The notes under the pieces were generated by a model. That model searched no databases. It had not been told where the DNA came from and was given only the letters and a program-made list of their open reading frames with translations. From positions 186,001-250,000 of the IMG/VR virus record IMGVR_UViG_3300038463_000730: DNA of 64,000 nucleotides, one strand, 5' to 3'. Shown piece after piece: positions 9,051 to 19,676 of this stretch; within the stretch, counting starts at the first letter, position 1; each line of letters opens with the position of its first letter. Both the position numbers and the translations under genes were made by a program.

Positions 9051-10262
9051 TTAGACAAAGCCGCCTCCAATTGGACCACTGGTTCCCCAACCAAATCCGT
9101 TCGTGTTAGTTCCACCATCGGATGTTCCGACTTGCGGAACCTCATTAGGCTCTATACCACCTGGTACCTTTTTTGGTATGATATCAGCTTTCGGGTCAGT
9201 ATCGGTTCCTTGTCCATTTTGGTTTCTAGTACTAGCCGAACTATTTACGAAATCCCAGTGACTACCGTATGACGCATCACCCATGCCGTACGGGTTGACT
9301 TCGTTAGCTTCGTACAGTCTGACGCCGAAAGATGGGTCGTTAAGCTCGTAGCTTGTATCGAACTTGTAGTCCGCCACAGCATCGGGCCACAGCATCTCCA
9401 TCGCCGAATTCGAATCTTGACCAGCTATCGCATGGATCATCTTCTCGTAAAGCGTACGTACTTTCTTTGGTAATCCGGAGCAAAAATCGAACTTGTCTGC
9501 TTCAGCAATCGCATCCTCCGGGCTCATACCTTTCGACACCCGGTACAACGCAACCACGAGCCCGGTACGATCCTTACCATGCAAACAATGTACAAAAGTC
9601 GGACCTGATTCTTCGAATAGCTCTTTGAAATTCATCTTCATCAAGCCACGCAACGACTGTTGCTTCTTAGCCATGATCGGAATTATCACGTGGACCATTC
9701 CGAGCTTCTTCACGAGTGGACCGATCTTCTTAGCCGTGTCCAAATCCAAACTAACAATCTTCTTGATACCTAGTTTCTTCAGGTATATAAGGTCCTCAGG
9801 AGTAGCGGGAGCACCTCCTCGATAAAGCTGGTCGGTAACCTTAGAAAACCTAGGAATCGCTGGGTCTTCCAACACATCCACCGAACTCTCATCCCCCTCA
9901 GGTATGCCTTCGAACTTAAATTTCTTCCCCAACAAAGCGAGTGTTGTGCGAAGCGCTTTCTCTTCACTTTTTCCTTTCAATGCTGGAAACACAGAGTCGA
10001 ACACAGACTTGAACAAGACCCGGAACAACGCAAACAATTCATCATTGCCTGACGCACGCAATTTACGCATGACCGCCGAGTACGATAGGTCACCGACGTC
10101 AGATAGGTTGATAGAGTCGGTCGCGATCTTCCGAATCTCAACTTCTTTTAGACGTTCGACTGCCTTAGAACGACTCGAAAAGGTTCCGAAGTTCTTTCCG
10201 GTGTATGATTGCACCTGGTATCTCCCGTTCGGAAGTTTCCGGATGATGGCAGTCTTGATCAT
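9051..10262 (-). CDS. Protein-tyrosine/dual-specificity phosphatase (Siw14/IphP-like) with N-terminal extra domains
   Basis: FSKVTDQLYRGGAP, LKKLGIKKIVSL and P-loop FVHCLHGKDRTG (HCX5R). Confidence 0.88.
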   Translation of the reverse strand: MIKTAIIRKLPNGRYQVQSYTGKNFGTFSSRSKAVERLKEVEIRKIATDSINLSDVGDLSYSAVMRKLRASGNDELFALFRVLFKSVFDSVFPALKGKSEEKALRTTLALLGKKFKFEGIPEGDESSVDVLEDPAIPRFSKVTDQLYRGGAPATPEDLIYLKKLGIKKIVSLDLDTAKKIGPLVKKLGMVHVIIPIMAKKQQSLRGLMKMNFKELFEESGPTFVHCLHGKDRTGLVVALYRVSKGMSPEDAIAEADKFDFCSGLPKKVRTLYEKMIHAIAGQDSNSAMEMLWPDAVADYKFDTSYELNDPSFGVRLYEANEVNPYGMGDASYGSHWDFVNSSASTRNQNGQGTDTDPKADIIPKKVPGGIEPNEVPQVGTSDGGTNTNGFGWGTSGPIGGGFV

Positions 10263-10627
10263 TACTTGATTTTTCCATGCGGCTGGAAGAATGGTGAATC
10301 ATCCGCACTGATAACGGCATCACGAATCGAACCATTACCATCCAATGCCACGATCGCGAAAATGTTGTAACCGTTTACATATATCCGGTTACCATGGACC
10401 AGTTTCTTGCTAATACGGTGGACCGAGTCCAACACCAGACAATCACCTTTGGCATCGACAAACTTCCCGATCAATACGGCATAGTTGTTCTTTCCGCTGT
10501 CTGAGTACGAGATCGATTCGAACGTATCTCCGATGTACACCTCAACCATTTGATCTTTCAGGATCTCAAAAACTGATTCAATATAAGTAGGCATGTTATT
10601 TCCTGAGCAAATTGAGTCTGAAAGCAC
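10262..10627 (-). CDS. Hypothetical protein (small beta-rich, Sm-like?)
   Basis: Tightly packed ORF; true start probably the second Met (MPTYIE). Confidence 0.55.
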   Translation of the reverse strand: MLSDSICSGNNMPTYIESVFEILKDQMVEVYIGDTFESISYSDSGKNNYAVLIGKFVDAKGDCLVLDSVHRISKKLVHGNRIYVNGYNIFAIVALDGNGSIRDAVISADDSPFFQPHGKIK

Positions 10628-12737
10628 GTGATAGCTTTTCTACCCGGTCATAATCAACTGGTTGATAAGATGAAGTCTTATTGGTCGAAAGATAGTAGCG
10701 AACTTTGTTTTTGGTGAGGTGTTCTAGTTCTTCTGCGACCTCACCACATACATCAAGAATCTGATTACGATCATGTTCGACGTTCGGCTCGAACACAACA
10801 CAGTAACGGGTTCCTTTGATTTTGATCTCGTTGCCCGTTGTGAAAATCTTGTTGAAATGACGTGAAACAGTCTTTGCAAACTCTAAATTGTTCGCTTCAT
10901 CGTAACCAAAGATCTCAATAGCGTTGACCGTTCCAGCAGTAGCCGATAGAGGTGCGACCTCCGGAGCCTGGACCGAGTCAAACATATGCTCGATTTTCTG
11001 GACAAAATCTTGAACGTTTTTCACGTCGAAATTGCCAAAGAATGCATTGGCAAGAGTCTGCGCTTCCTCTTCCAGCTTCTTTTTGTAGTCTACTTTTTCT
11101 GCCATTGGCTGAGCCGCCGCTTCACCAGTTGGGGCCTGGGTCGGTTGCGTCGATGGAACGTAGTCAGCAGCCTGACGTAATGCTCCGAGTGCTTGTTGGT
11201 ATGCCGTTCTGCTCATTTGATGTTCAATTACCTTTTCCAAATCGCCGTATGTTATGATCCCATCCTTGCTCACATCAAGAACAGGACCGTTCTCCTTATA
11301 GGATGCCCTTTCATACCCAAGAGTCCATCCTGGAGCCTTCCTAAACTTAGGATTCTGTTCTACAATAACTGCTTGTGGATCTTCTGCTTTCGGATCGTGA
11401 AATTCCCAATTCACAGGCCAGAACGGCACACCGTGTTCATCCTTCGTTCCGCGATACTTATTGAAGTACGATGCATAATTGAATGCATCGGGCCAAAAAT
11501 TGGCAAGATAGTACTGTGTCGGACTACGGAACGTACCATGAACATTACCAAGGTGTGATTTGACGTAGCTCTCGATGTACGGGATCTGCTGCGTGCCGGA
11601 AAGCTGACGAAATTCCTTCGGACTACCTTTCCAACCGTTGTCCTTCAATGTATCGGGCATCATCTGGATCAATCCGGATGCCAACGAACCTGCCGATGGA
11701 GTCAGGTTCGACTCGATCAACATGGTTGGGATCAAGATCTCGGGTCTGACTCCGATTCGTTGACACATATCAGCGAACGCCTTCCAAAATTCTGGGTTCA
11801 ACTCAGCTGTCTTGATTAATTCATCGTTCATCGCAGCCATTTTGTTCAACGGTTTGATGTAGGTCAATGTCAGATCGCCTCCAGGCTGCAAAATGAGATG
11901 TGCGGTCAGATCGGCTGGTTTGATTAGCAACGGTGAAGGCATTGTGAACCGAACCATCAGTTCGACTTTACCCAGCTTCGTCGTAGCCATTGAAAAAATC
12001 GGATGTTTGAACATCTCTTGCGTTGCATCGAGCAATATCTGTCTCGAATCGTCATCGGGACGTTCTTTAGACTTGAGCAATGGTCCAATTTCTTTGGTGA
12101 ACCGTGTGATCAATCCCGCTTTTGGCGTAACGTTTCCACGCAGAAATGGTACATCAGACATCCGCTTCTTACGGTTATCGATGATATCCTGCTTCGATGG
12201 ATACACGAATCCATCAGCTTCTTCCGAAGCAGGAGCGGACTCGGAAGTTTCCGTGTTCGTTACTTGGTTAGTAGAATCTTCGGGCGTGACCGGTCGCGCT
12301 TCTGGCGCAACGGCGGGTTCGTCCGAACCGGCTGGCTGCTCGGCTGCGGGAGCCGAGGGATTCGTTTGTACTTTTGATTCAATAGCATCGTTAGTCTTGT
12401 TTTCTACGTCAGAGATCTTGTTATCAAGTCTCCCAGTCAGCTCAACAAGTTGGCCGATCTGTTCTTTAACGTCCACTAATGCCAATTTATACGTAGAAAG
12501 ATCGTAATCATCGATCGCATTTTCTAAACGTTTGAATGAGCGATATAGTTTCTGTAATGATGACTTTAGTTCATAGTTACTTGTTTGAAAATTGCGCGCT
12601 TCTTGACTGAAGAACGAATTCAGTAATCGACGAACGAGCCGCTTCAATCCCGAAACCGGACCAGCAACCTTAGTTAGGTCACCTGTCTGCTCGGCAGCGT
12701 ATAGCTCATAAGTCAACCGTCTGAATTGTGGATCCAT
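10596..12737 (-). CDS. Large probable virion protein containing an SLT/lytic transglycosylase domain
   Basis: MCQRIGVRPEILIPTMLIES (catalytic E)...ASGLIQMMPDT...LDVSKDGIIT. Confidence 0.78.
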   Translation of the reverse strand: MDPQFRRLTYELYAAEQTGDLTKVAGPVSGLKRLVRRLLNSFFSQEARNFQTSNYELKSSLQKLYRSFKRLENAIDDYDLSTYKLALVDVKEQIGQLVELTGRLDNKISDVENKTNDAIESKVQTNPSAPAAEQPAGSDEPAVAPEARPVTPEDSTNQVTNTETSESAPASEEADGFVYPSKQDIIDNRKKRMSDVPFLRGNVTPKAGLITRFTKEIGPLLKSKERPDDDSRQILLDATQEMFKHPIFSMATTKLGKVELMVRFTMPSPLLIKPADLTAHLILQPGGDLTLTYIKPLNKMAAMNDELIKTAELNPEFWKAFADMCQRIGVRPEILIPTMLIESNLTPSAGSLASGLIQMMPDTLKDNGWKGSPKEFRQLSGTQQIPYIESYVKSHLGNVHGTFRSPTQYYLANFWPDAFNYASYFNKYRGTKDEHGVPFWPVNWEFHDPKAEDPQAVIVEQNPKFRKAPGWTLGYERASYKENGPVLDVSKDGIITYGDLEKVIEHQMSRTAYQQALGALRQAADYVPSTQPTQAPTGEAAAQPMAEKVDYKKKLEEEAQTLANAFFGNFDVKNVQDFVQKIEHMFDSVQAPEVAPLSATAGTVNAIEIFGYDEANNLEFAKTVSRHFNKIFTTGNEIKIKGTRYCVVFEPNVEHDRNQILDVCGEVAEELEHLTKNKVRYYLSTNKTSSYQPVDYDRVEKLSRAFRLNLLRK

Positions 12738-12755
12738 ATATCATCCTGTTTCTTC

Positions 12756-14174
12756 TTATAGAAGCGCTTCGGCAACAGCCATTAGCTTGATACTTGCAAT
12801 CGGATCCTGATCCTGTAACTCCTGAGAGTATTCAAGGATTGCATGCCCAATGGCCTGCATGTCATCATCATCCATACTGGCTATCTTCGTAATGAAGTCC
12901 TCATGAGAAGCCGTACGCTGTCCCGGTGGCTTCGTTGGAAGAGCCTGTCCACTCAGTGGACTCACTGGTCCACCCGGTGGTGACTTCTTCTCTTCTTTTC
13001 CGCCTGGAGCAACTGGTCGTGGACCCGCTTTGATCTTAGATTTGTCCGCTGGCTTGTCTGCTGGCGGAACTTCCTTCTCTAGATCAATCATTGCTGGCAA
13101 TGAAGGTCGCATCACCATCTGGTGTACATTGGTTGGCATTTTTGGTCTTGCTTCGCTTGGGTCCGGAACAGACGTGATATCGTAATAACCGCCCTGTGGT
13201 TCTGTACCGGTACCGGTACCGGTACCGGCTGGTTCATCTGTCTTCACAATAGCCTGTTCAGCAGCGGGCTCGGCTCCGGGCGCCGCGGCAGGTTCCTCTG
13301 GGAGTTTCTCTTCTTGTGCTGGACTGATTTTATCCAGGTTCTCTTTCAACCACACAGTATACGGCCCAACTTCTTTTATGAAGAACTTGTTGTATGCCTG
13401 TTGTGCTGTGCTGATATCCTGCTTTAGAATATTAAGAATAGCTTGATAACCATTCGTGTCACTCGTTGAACGTGCTTCAGACAAGCTATTAAAATGGTCA
13501 ACTACTGTTGTCAACACTTCGTTTGCGTGCTCGATCTGAAACTCAAGATCTCGTTTAAACGATACAACGTCAGGATAGTTATTCTCAAGGTACTTCACCG
13601 CACGACGACGATAGTAGAACTGGTCCTTGAACCAATCGAACACAGACGCCTGCTTTTCAAAACCAAAAGTTTTCGAACCAGCGCCCTTGATACTCTCGTA
13701 GTAATCAAGAATGTCTTTACCAAGGTCTTTCGACATCGGACCAACCATGGTTCGGTTCTTGCCAGTAATCAATGTCTTATCTACCGTGTCAAGTTCTGTT
13801 AGAACGGTCTTCAATGTAGAATAGAATCGAGATAGCTGCCCGGCTGCCGCAACATAATCTTTACCAGCAGCTAACTTAGCAGCTAGATTGATCATCGTAC
13901 GAACGGATGTGCCTTTGTACTTACCGGTCTTACCCAATAAAATCGATCGGGCTAGATCATCCTGTTTACGAAGCAACAGCAAATACTTAGCAAAGTCAAC
14001 ATCGTGCTCTGCCAAAGTATCGGGCGTTACATCATAAGAAGGATCAATCTTTTTTCTACGTTCTGCCTTCTCTGCGTCGGATAGCTGCTTCTGTAGCTTT
14101 TTATTTGAAGGCTCGAAAAATTCTCTAGCCTTGTCTCTTATGCGTTTACGTTGTGCTAATTTATCGATTGACAT
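12756..14174 (-). CDS. Putative internal-head protein, helical N-half and Pro-rich linker
   Basis: Start moved to ATG 14174 behind GGAG (MSIDKLAQ); FEKQA and ITKIA motifs; (GTACCG)x4 at ~13204-13227 encodes GTGTGTGT. Confidence 0.6.
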   Translation of the reverse strand: MSIDKLAQRKRIRDKAREFFEPSNKKLQKQLSDAEKAERRKKIDPSYDVTPDTLAEHDVDFAKYLLLLRKQDDLARSILLGKTGKYKGTSVRTMINLAAKLAAGKDYVAAAGQLSRFYSTLKTVLTELDTVDKTLITGKNRTMVGPMSKDLGKDILDYYESIKGAGSKTFGFEKQASVFDWFKDQFYYRRRAVKYLENNYPDVVSFKRDLEFQIEHANEVLTTVVDHFNSLSEARSTSDTNGYQAILNILKQDISTAQQAYNKFFIKEVGPYTVWLKENLDKISPAQEEKLPEEPAAAPGAEPAAEQAIVKTDEPAGTGTGTGTEPQGGYYDITSVPDPSEARPKMPTNVHQMVMRPSLPAMIDLEKEVPPADKPADKSKIKAGPRPVAPGGKEEKKSPPGGPVSPLSGQALPTKPPGQRTASHEDFITKIASMDDDDMQAIGHAILEYSQELQDQDPIASIKLMAVAEALL

Positions 14175-14254
14175 GGTGACTCCATCATTACCTTTCCTAT
14201 CTATGACAAAATAATCAAAGGTTATGGCTCTTTTCCTCGGCATTGTATTCCTGT

Positions 14255-16105
14255 TTATTTCGGCGGAGGTGGAGGTGGAGCTGCGCCTGCGCCAGCTTCT
14301 CCACCCGGAGGGCCACCTGGAGGCGCCCCGGGAGGACCGGGCGGTCCGCCACCCGGAGGAGCACCAAGATCCGGCATACCGCCGCCACCACCGGCACCTG
14401 GCAAGTCACCACCGCCTCCACCACCGTCGTCATCACCACCTGGCGTTTCACCAGGCAACGGAGCTTCGGCGGTCTCTGGGATCTCATCCTCATCGCCAAG
14501 AGTGCGAAGCTCGTTGAGCGGCATCTTTTGCAAGCTCACTTGCTCCTTTTTGCGAATCGCGTCCTGCACATCTTCCTTGCGCATCTTACGAACCTCTTCC
14601 TCGAACTCTAGTCCGAGCGAACGATAGAGTGTCTGGTTTGATACGCGCTTGTTCTTTACGTCATCTGTCAAATGAACAAGGTTCTGAATATAGTCACCGG
14701 CATCGAAGAGCGACATGTGATTCCAGTCAATCTCCGGAATGATCAAATGCTTCTGCTTCTCGTGGAACACATAGAATTCGTTCAACTTCGAGATCGGTGC
14801 GAAAATCTTGCGACGCAACCACGTTGAGAGCATGTTACGGAACTGCATGTAACGTTGACGAAGTACGTCCAACGCTACACCGCCGTTGGCATAGGTCGTA
14901 TCCTGACCACCATCCATCAATACAGATGGTACCATCAATCCGATCCAGATTTCTTTAATCAGTTGCGTGATGTCACCAGAGATATCATAGATACCCTGAC
15001 CCGAACCGATACGCTCAACCGTTACGGCATCGTTTGTGAAGATCTTGAAGTCTTTGTCGTACTGTGCTGCTTCGAAAATCTCACGATACGAATCGATTTG
15101 CTGCGGACTTGGTTTGAACTCAGGTGATCCGACCTTCACCAACGTGAGTGGGTTGATCATATTGTCTGCCTGAGCGAACTTTGACTCACGGAGCTTGTCA
15201 AAGAGCATCAACTGACGAAAAAACGCGACCGGTAGTCCGGTTCCACGTGACTCGTACGGCGAGATACGTCGTGCAAGATGGCTTACATAAAAATTGTCAA
15301 GCGGAATGTTCTGGCCACGCTTGACGTACTCAATAATGTGCGGCCCGAGCTGTTTCTTTTGTTCAAGATCAGATGGTTTCTGCGAAAACACGATACGACG
15401 GAGGTTGGCATCAGGCCTGAGCATGATAATCGGTTCACTTGATATAACCGAAGGACTGACAACAACATAATCCGGGTTCTGAATACGGAGACGACTCCAA
15501 CGAAGATTGCGCTCATCCAATTCAGCATAGATAAATGACTCCCCTAGCAGCCAGAACTCCTGAGCAATCTGAACGCAGACGTTCATCAAGTCGATTTCAT
15601 CAATCATCTCATTGAAGAACTTTTCAACACGTTTATCAGGACAACGAATCGTCATCTTACTGATCGGATACGTGCTATGTAGATTGATTGCGTTGTTCAC
15701 GAACGGGTTCAACGCATAGAAGCTGCGACACCACGCATTGATCGTCGCTCGATCACGAGGAAGGTTTAGGTTCGAGTTTAGCCAAAGAGGAGAATAGACC
15801 TCCGGCGCCTGACGTACCGTGTCTCCCATACCACCTTGCCATTGAGCCGAGGTGTTTGTTCCTAGTGTACTGGAAAGGTTGGCGTACTTCGACATCGGCT
15901 GTTTACCAACCGAATACGTTGCGTAACCACCGGCACTAGGCTCTTCATCTCGTGCAACGGGACCGGAGCCATCTCGATAGATGCCTTTGTTTACCTCTTC
16001 TTCAAGAGCAGCACGTCGATATTGAGAAACATTGCGTGCCACATGACTCGATATGATCGGTGGCAGATTTCTATTAGGTATTCTTGGGTTTCTAGGGTTA
16101 ACCAT
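14255..16105 (-). CDS. Portal protein
   Basis: NPFVNNAINLHSTYP, EFWLLGESF, HLARRISPYESRGT, GL.VPSVLMDG..TYAN; near terminase and protease; Gly/Pro tail. Confidence 0.8.
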   Translation of the reverse strand: MVNPRNPRIPNRNLPPIISSHVARNVSQYRRAALEEEVNKGIYRDGSGPVARDEEPSAGGYATYSVGKQPMSKYANLSSTLGTNTSAQWQGGMGDTVRQAPEVYSPLWLNSNLNLPRDRATINAWCRSFYALNPFVNNAINLHSTYPISKMTIRCPDKRVEKFFNEMIDEIDLMNVCVQIAQEFWLLGESFIYAELDERNLRWSRLRIQNPDYVVVSPSVISSEPIIMLRPDANLRRIVFSQKPSDLEQKKQLGPHIIEYVKRGQNIPLDNFYVSHLARRISPYESRGTGLPVAFFRQLMLFDKLRESKFAQADNMINPLTLVKVGSPEFKPSPQQIDSYREIFEAAQYDKDFKIFTNDAVTVERIGSGQGIYDISGDITQLIKEIWIGLMVPSVLMDGGQDTTYANGGVALDVLRQRYMQFRNMLSTWLRRKIFAPISKLNEFYVFHEKQKHLIIPEIDWNHMSLFDAGDYIQNLVHLTDDVKNKRVSNQTLYRSLGLEFEEEVRKMRKEDVQDAIRKKEQVSLQKMPLNELRTLGDEDEIPETAEAPLPGETPGGDDDGGGGGGDLPGAGGGGGMPDLGAPPGGGPPGPPGAPPGGPPGGEAGAGAAPPPPPPK

Positions 16106-16130
16106 TTTGTTCCATTAATATATACCGAAA

Positions 16131-17753
16131 CTAAGTGGCTCTTTGCTTAAGCTGCTCAAGCTTCTGTCTAAGTAACTCTTCAATTCGCTGTTCTGCATTG
16201 GTCTTTGGCGCAGATTGCGGTTGTGAAGGTTGTTTTTGTACCGGTGCAGGGACGGGCACGGGTTTCGGCTCCGGCGCAAGTTCCTGCACAGACACAGGTT
16301 GCTCTTGCAAAGCGCCAGGTGATTTAGCCTGTTGTCTACGTTTCTTTTGCGTATCGTATTTCTTTTGCCATACACTAGCCATCCATTTGTCTGCCATGTC
16401 TTTCATTCTGGCAAACTTCTCAGGGTCAGTATCTTTGTACCGCTGGATCTGAACGCGATTACGTACAATTTCTTCGTAAAGGCGCGGCTTTTTCTCACGG
16501 AAATACTCAAGTTTCTCTTCCGGCATGTAGAAATGGAGTAGCGCTTTATAAGCTTCCTCATTCTCTGTGGACCTGAACGCATTAATCTGTTCAGGAGACA
16601 TGTGCTTCATGCGCTTGTAAGCTTCTTGGTACCCTGTTTCACGCTTCGCATTATCCATCCGGCGTTCTGGACTATGTTTCTTCTGAATCCAGTCCGGTAC
16701 GTCTACCCGGGCAAATGGATCGACTTGCATCTGCTGCTTTGCTTTATCGAGGTCCTTCTTTACTCGGCTGTAAAGCTCTTTGTACCGGTTGTTCCAATTC
16801 ACTACGAAATTTGGATCTTTCGTTCTTGCAAAATATTGATCCATCAAGTCACGACGAATTTCTTCTCTTTCTTCCGGAGTTAGAATCGTGTACTTTAAGT
16901 TTTTACCGCGCTGTTTGCCTGTGCCGGTTTCTACCTCGGACTCGAAGTCAGATTGCTCGCGCTCTTCCGGCTCTTCACCAAGTTCATCCGGCTCTTCTCC
17001 CGGCTCGACCGGTTCAGCATCAGGGTCGGGTTCTTCGCCCGCATCTGGTTCGACTGGTTCGAGCGTTGGTTCCAACTGATCGGGCTCTTCATCTGGTTCG
17101 GACTCTTCCGATGATGGAAGTGATTCGAATGAACCTGGAGCTTCCTCTTCCTCCGCATCCTCCACCATCTCGAACTTCTCTTTTTGATCAATATCGCGAT
17201 ATAGTTCCGGGTTGAAACGGCGCAAATTGGTGTTGGCAACCTTGGCTCCGCTCTTCTCGTACTCGGACGTTACCAGGCCACGCAACATCATTACCATGCT
17301 AGAAACAGCGTGGCCTACATCACGGTTTTGGCTATCAAACAAGATAGATCGATCTTCTGCATTCGTACTATCAACTAACGCTAATACTTGCGACAACAAT
17401 GTCGCAATGGTTGAATGCGTCGTCTCTGCTCCGACCCACAATCGTACAATATCGCTCTTGTTTTGGTCTTTATTTTTCGTCTTTTGCTGGGCGGAATCGA
17501 TCATTACAAATAGTCGCTTGATGTAATCCATAGCCGTGTTGTATGTATTAATCAACGGAATAATATACTGTTGGTCGTCTTCATCCTTGGAAGATATAAG
17601 ATCTTTCTCTAGAAAATCCGCTACATCGGTAGCAAGTTCCATAACCTTCGAACGATCATATTGATTGGAGGCCGCGAACTTTCTTAACACAGCACGAGCA
17701 CGTATTTCAAAATACGCCACTAGTAAATATATTGGCTTAGTCATCAACATCAA
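16131..17753 (-). CDS. Hypothetical protein with an acidic Glu/Pro-rich centre
   Basis: Long ORF between terminase and portal; LRKFAA motif. Confidence 0.65.
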   Translation of the reverse strand: MMLMTKPIYLLVAYFEIRARAVLRKFAASNQYDRSKVMELATDVADFLEKDLISSKDEDDQQYIIPLINTYNTAMDYIKRLFVMIDSAQQKTKNKDQNKSDIVRLWVGAETTHSTIATLLSQVLALVDSTNAEDRSILFDSQNRDVGHAVSSMVMMLRGLVTSEYEKSGAKVANTNLRRFNPELYRDIDQKEKFEMVEDAEEEEAPGSFESLPSSEESEPDEEPDQLEPTLEPVEPDAGEEPDPDAEPVEPGEEPDELGEEPEEREQSDFESEVETGTGKQRGKNLKYTILTPEEREEIRRDLMDQYFARTKDPNFVVNWNNRYKELYSRVKKDLDKAKQQMQVDPFARVDVPDWIQKKHSPERRMDNAKRETGYQEAYKRMKHMSPEQINAFRSTENEEAYKALLHFYMPEEKLEYFREKKPRLYEEIVRNRVQIQRYKDTDPEKFARMKDMADKWMASVWQKKYDTQKKRRQQAKSPGALQEQPVSVQELAPEPKPVPVPAPVQKQPSQPQSAPKTNAEQRIEELLRQKLEQLKQRAT

Positions 17754-17784
17754 TCCTCATAAGAATCCGATAATATGGCGAGCA

Positions 17785-19638
17785 TTATCTCATTCTTGGA
17801 ACTGTGCCAAGCGTAATTGGCAAATTACCGTGTTTTCTCTTGTCAAACGGGTTATTGAAGAGTAGCGGATTTTTTACAGTGAACCCTTGTGTTAGATAGA
17901 ACTTGTAAGCCAGGTACCCGTTCAACATAGCCATGAAACCGTCATTAGGAGTCGCTCCCTTCACATAGTGCGGCGACATATCTCCAGAACGATTAACGCT
18001 TGGTTTAATCTCCATGCTAGTACAGTGCTGTACGAGCCAATTCACCTTCTCATAGTCGCCGTAAGGAAACCGTACATGGCCTTTCTTCATTTGCTCGTAC
18101 ATTTCACCAATAGAAAAGTCGCGCTCGAACTGAATCATCTTTGGAAAGATGTCCTTCTGGAACTTTACCTTGTCCATAATTCTTGGGAGCGCGTTCGATG
18201 CCAAAAACTTGTCTCCATACTCGTTCTGCATTATCTCGCAGAAGTCGTTTGAGTACCCGATATCGCATACTGCCACGTTCACACTGTAAATCCGCATCAA
18301 ATGGTCTATGAACGCCTTCTTACTAGCGAAGTCGTTACGCTTGAACTTCGCTGCAAACTCGATTTGCAGGCGTTTTGGACCGGACAGCGACATGATCACG
18401 ACGCAGCTATAGCTCTGACCAACTCCTTTCAGCTTCGAGTTCTCTGCGAGCTGCTCCATGTCCGATTTGGCCCCGATGTCGATACCCATGAACACAGCTT
18501 GCTCGGCACCCGGTGGAATATGTGCCCGGAAACGACGCCCAACATCTCCGCATTTCTCACGGACATCATCCGGAGTCATGATACCGGACTCACCCGAGAA
18601 GAACTCTCCCAATACCTCGTTCTGGTAGGCTCGTTCTGTATTGATCGGTGAGTTTCCTGGCTTTTCTGATACAATCTTCTCTTTGTTGAATTCCGGAATG
18701 AACAACTGGCTCATGTGGAAACCGATGAACGGACAATCGTCCGGGTTCTTCAACGCTACCCACTTGCCAGTTTCGGCGGCATCACGTTTATCTTGTTCGT
18801 GATTGCAATGTGGGCACTTGACGGTAAAACCGTGAAGCCACGTCTTCTCCCAGTCATCCGTGCCGGGGGTATAGAGCGGGAAGAACCGATTGCAACCAGA
18901 ACAATGTAAATTAAAATATTGCTGTGACGATTGGTTCCACATCTCGAAGAACTCGCTACCGCGCTGCTTCGGTGTACCGAAGAATATCTGAACACCGTCA
19001 CCTAGTTTTCCATAGTTAGCTTTCGCCAACATCTTGGTCGCGTTACCTATGGCGAGACCAGGGATATCTTGTACTTCATCGAAGAAAATAACATCGGCTG
19101 ATCGACCACGAAGTCTGTCAGCCGTTTCACCCGTTGATTCGATCCAGATATGATTGCCGCCAACGAACTGTTTGAAATTCAACGAATCATTTCGTCCGCT
19201 CGTTTGATCCAGTAGGCCTTGCATATAGGACCGAGGCTTCTGCCCCTTCTTCGCCTGATCGAACGACACAGCGTTCGTGATCATCGGGTTGAGCTTGGTT
19301 TTAGAGTAAGCGTAAGCTAGATCCAACTGCGGGAATGCATGGATGATACGCATCGGAGGGTTACTGGAGTTACCAAATAACCCACACCCCATGAAGTACA
19401 TCTCCAAGGCTGATGCCATCGTCGTGGCACCAACCTGGCGCCCTTTTACGATGATAACTGGCTTCGAATCTTTCTCCAAAGCCTTGATCGCAATGTAGCG
19501 ATAGATATCGGAGAACGGCTTGTAACCGCCTCGCAAAGTAAACGGTTTACCGTCGAGTGTAAGATACTTTTCGACGTAATAAATTGGGTCTAAACTTAAA
19601 AGTGAAGACTTAAGTTGTGCAAATAATTCATCAGACAT
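17785..19638 (-). CDS. Terminase large subunit (lambda GpA-like)
   Basis: Walker A KGRQVGAT, LRGRSADVIFFDE Walker B, GTP coupling motif, CxxC..CxxC ribbon, nuclease GIDIG and NDGFMA. Confidence 0.92.
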   Translation of the reverse strand: MSDELFAQLKSSLLSLDPIYYVEKYLTLDGKPFTLRGGYKPFSDIYRYIAIKALEKDSKPVIIVKGRQVGATTMASALEMYFMGCGLFGNSSNPPMRIIHAFPQLDLAYAYSKTKLNPMITNAVSFDQAKKGQKPRSYMQGLLDQTSGRNDSLNFKQFVGGNHIWIESTGETADRLRGRSADVIFFDEVQDIPGLAIGNATKMLAKANYGKLGDGVQIFFGTPKQRGSEFFEMWNQSSQQYFNLHCSGCNRFFPLYTPGTDDWEKTWLHGFTVKCPHCNHEQDKRDAAETGKWVALKNPDDCPFIGFHMSQLFIPEFNKEKIVSEKPGNSPINTERAYQNEVLGEFFSGESGIMTPDDVREKCGDVGRRFRAHIPPGAEQAVFMGIDIGAKSDMEQLAENSKLKGVGQSYSCVVIMSLSGPKRLQIEFAAKFKRNDFASKKAFIDHLMRIYSVNVAVCDIGYSNDFCEIMQNEYGDKFLASNALPRIMDKVKFQKDIFPKMIQFERDFSIGEMYEQMKKGHVRFPYGDYEKVNWLVQHCTSMEIKPSVNRSGDMSPHYVKGATPNDGFMAMLNGYLAYKFYLTQGFTVKNPLLFNNPFDKRKHGNLPITLGTVPRMR

Positions 19639-19676
19639 ACTCTAGAATATAACGAGAATGGCTGAAATTAGCTGAA

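Noticed and set aside
12735-12743. GATATAT motif at the start of the 713-aa gene as a promoter
   Set aside because: It overlaps the ATG and lies in the spacer after an AGGA RBS; probably coincidental
13204-13227. (GTACCG)x4 as a phase-variable tract
   Set aside because: The unit length is a multiple of 3 and only encodes a Gly-Thr linker
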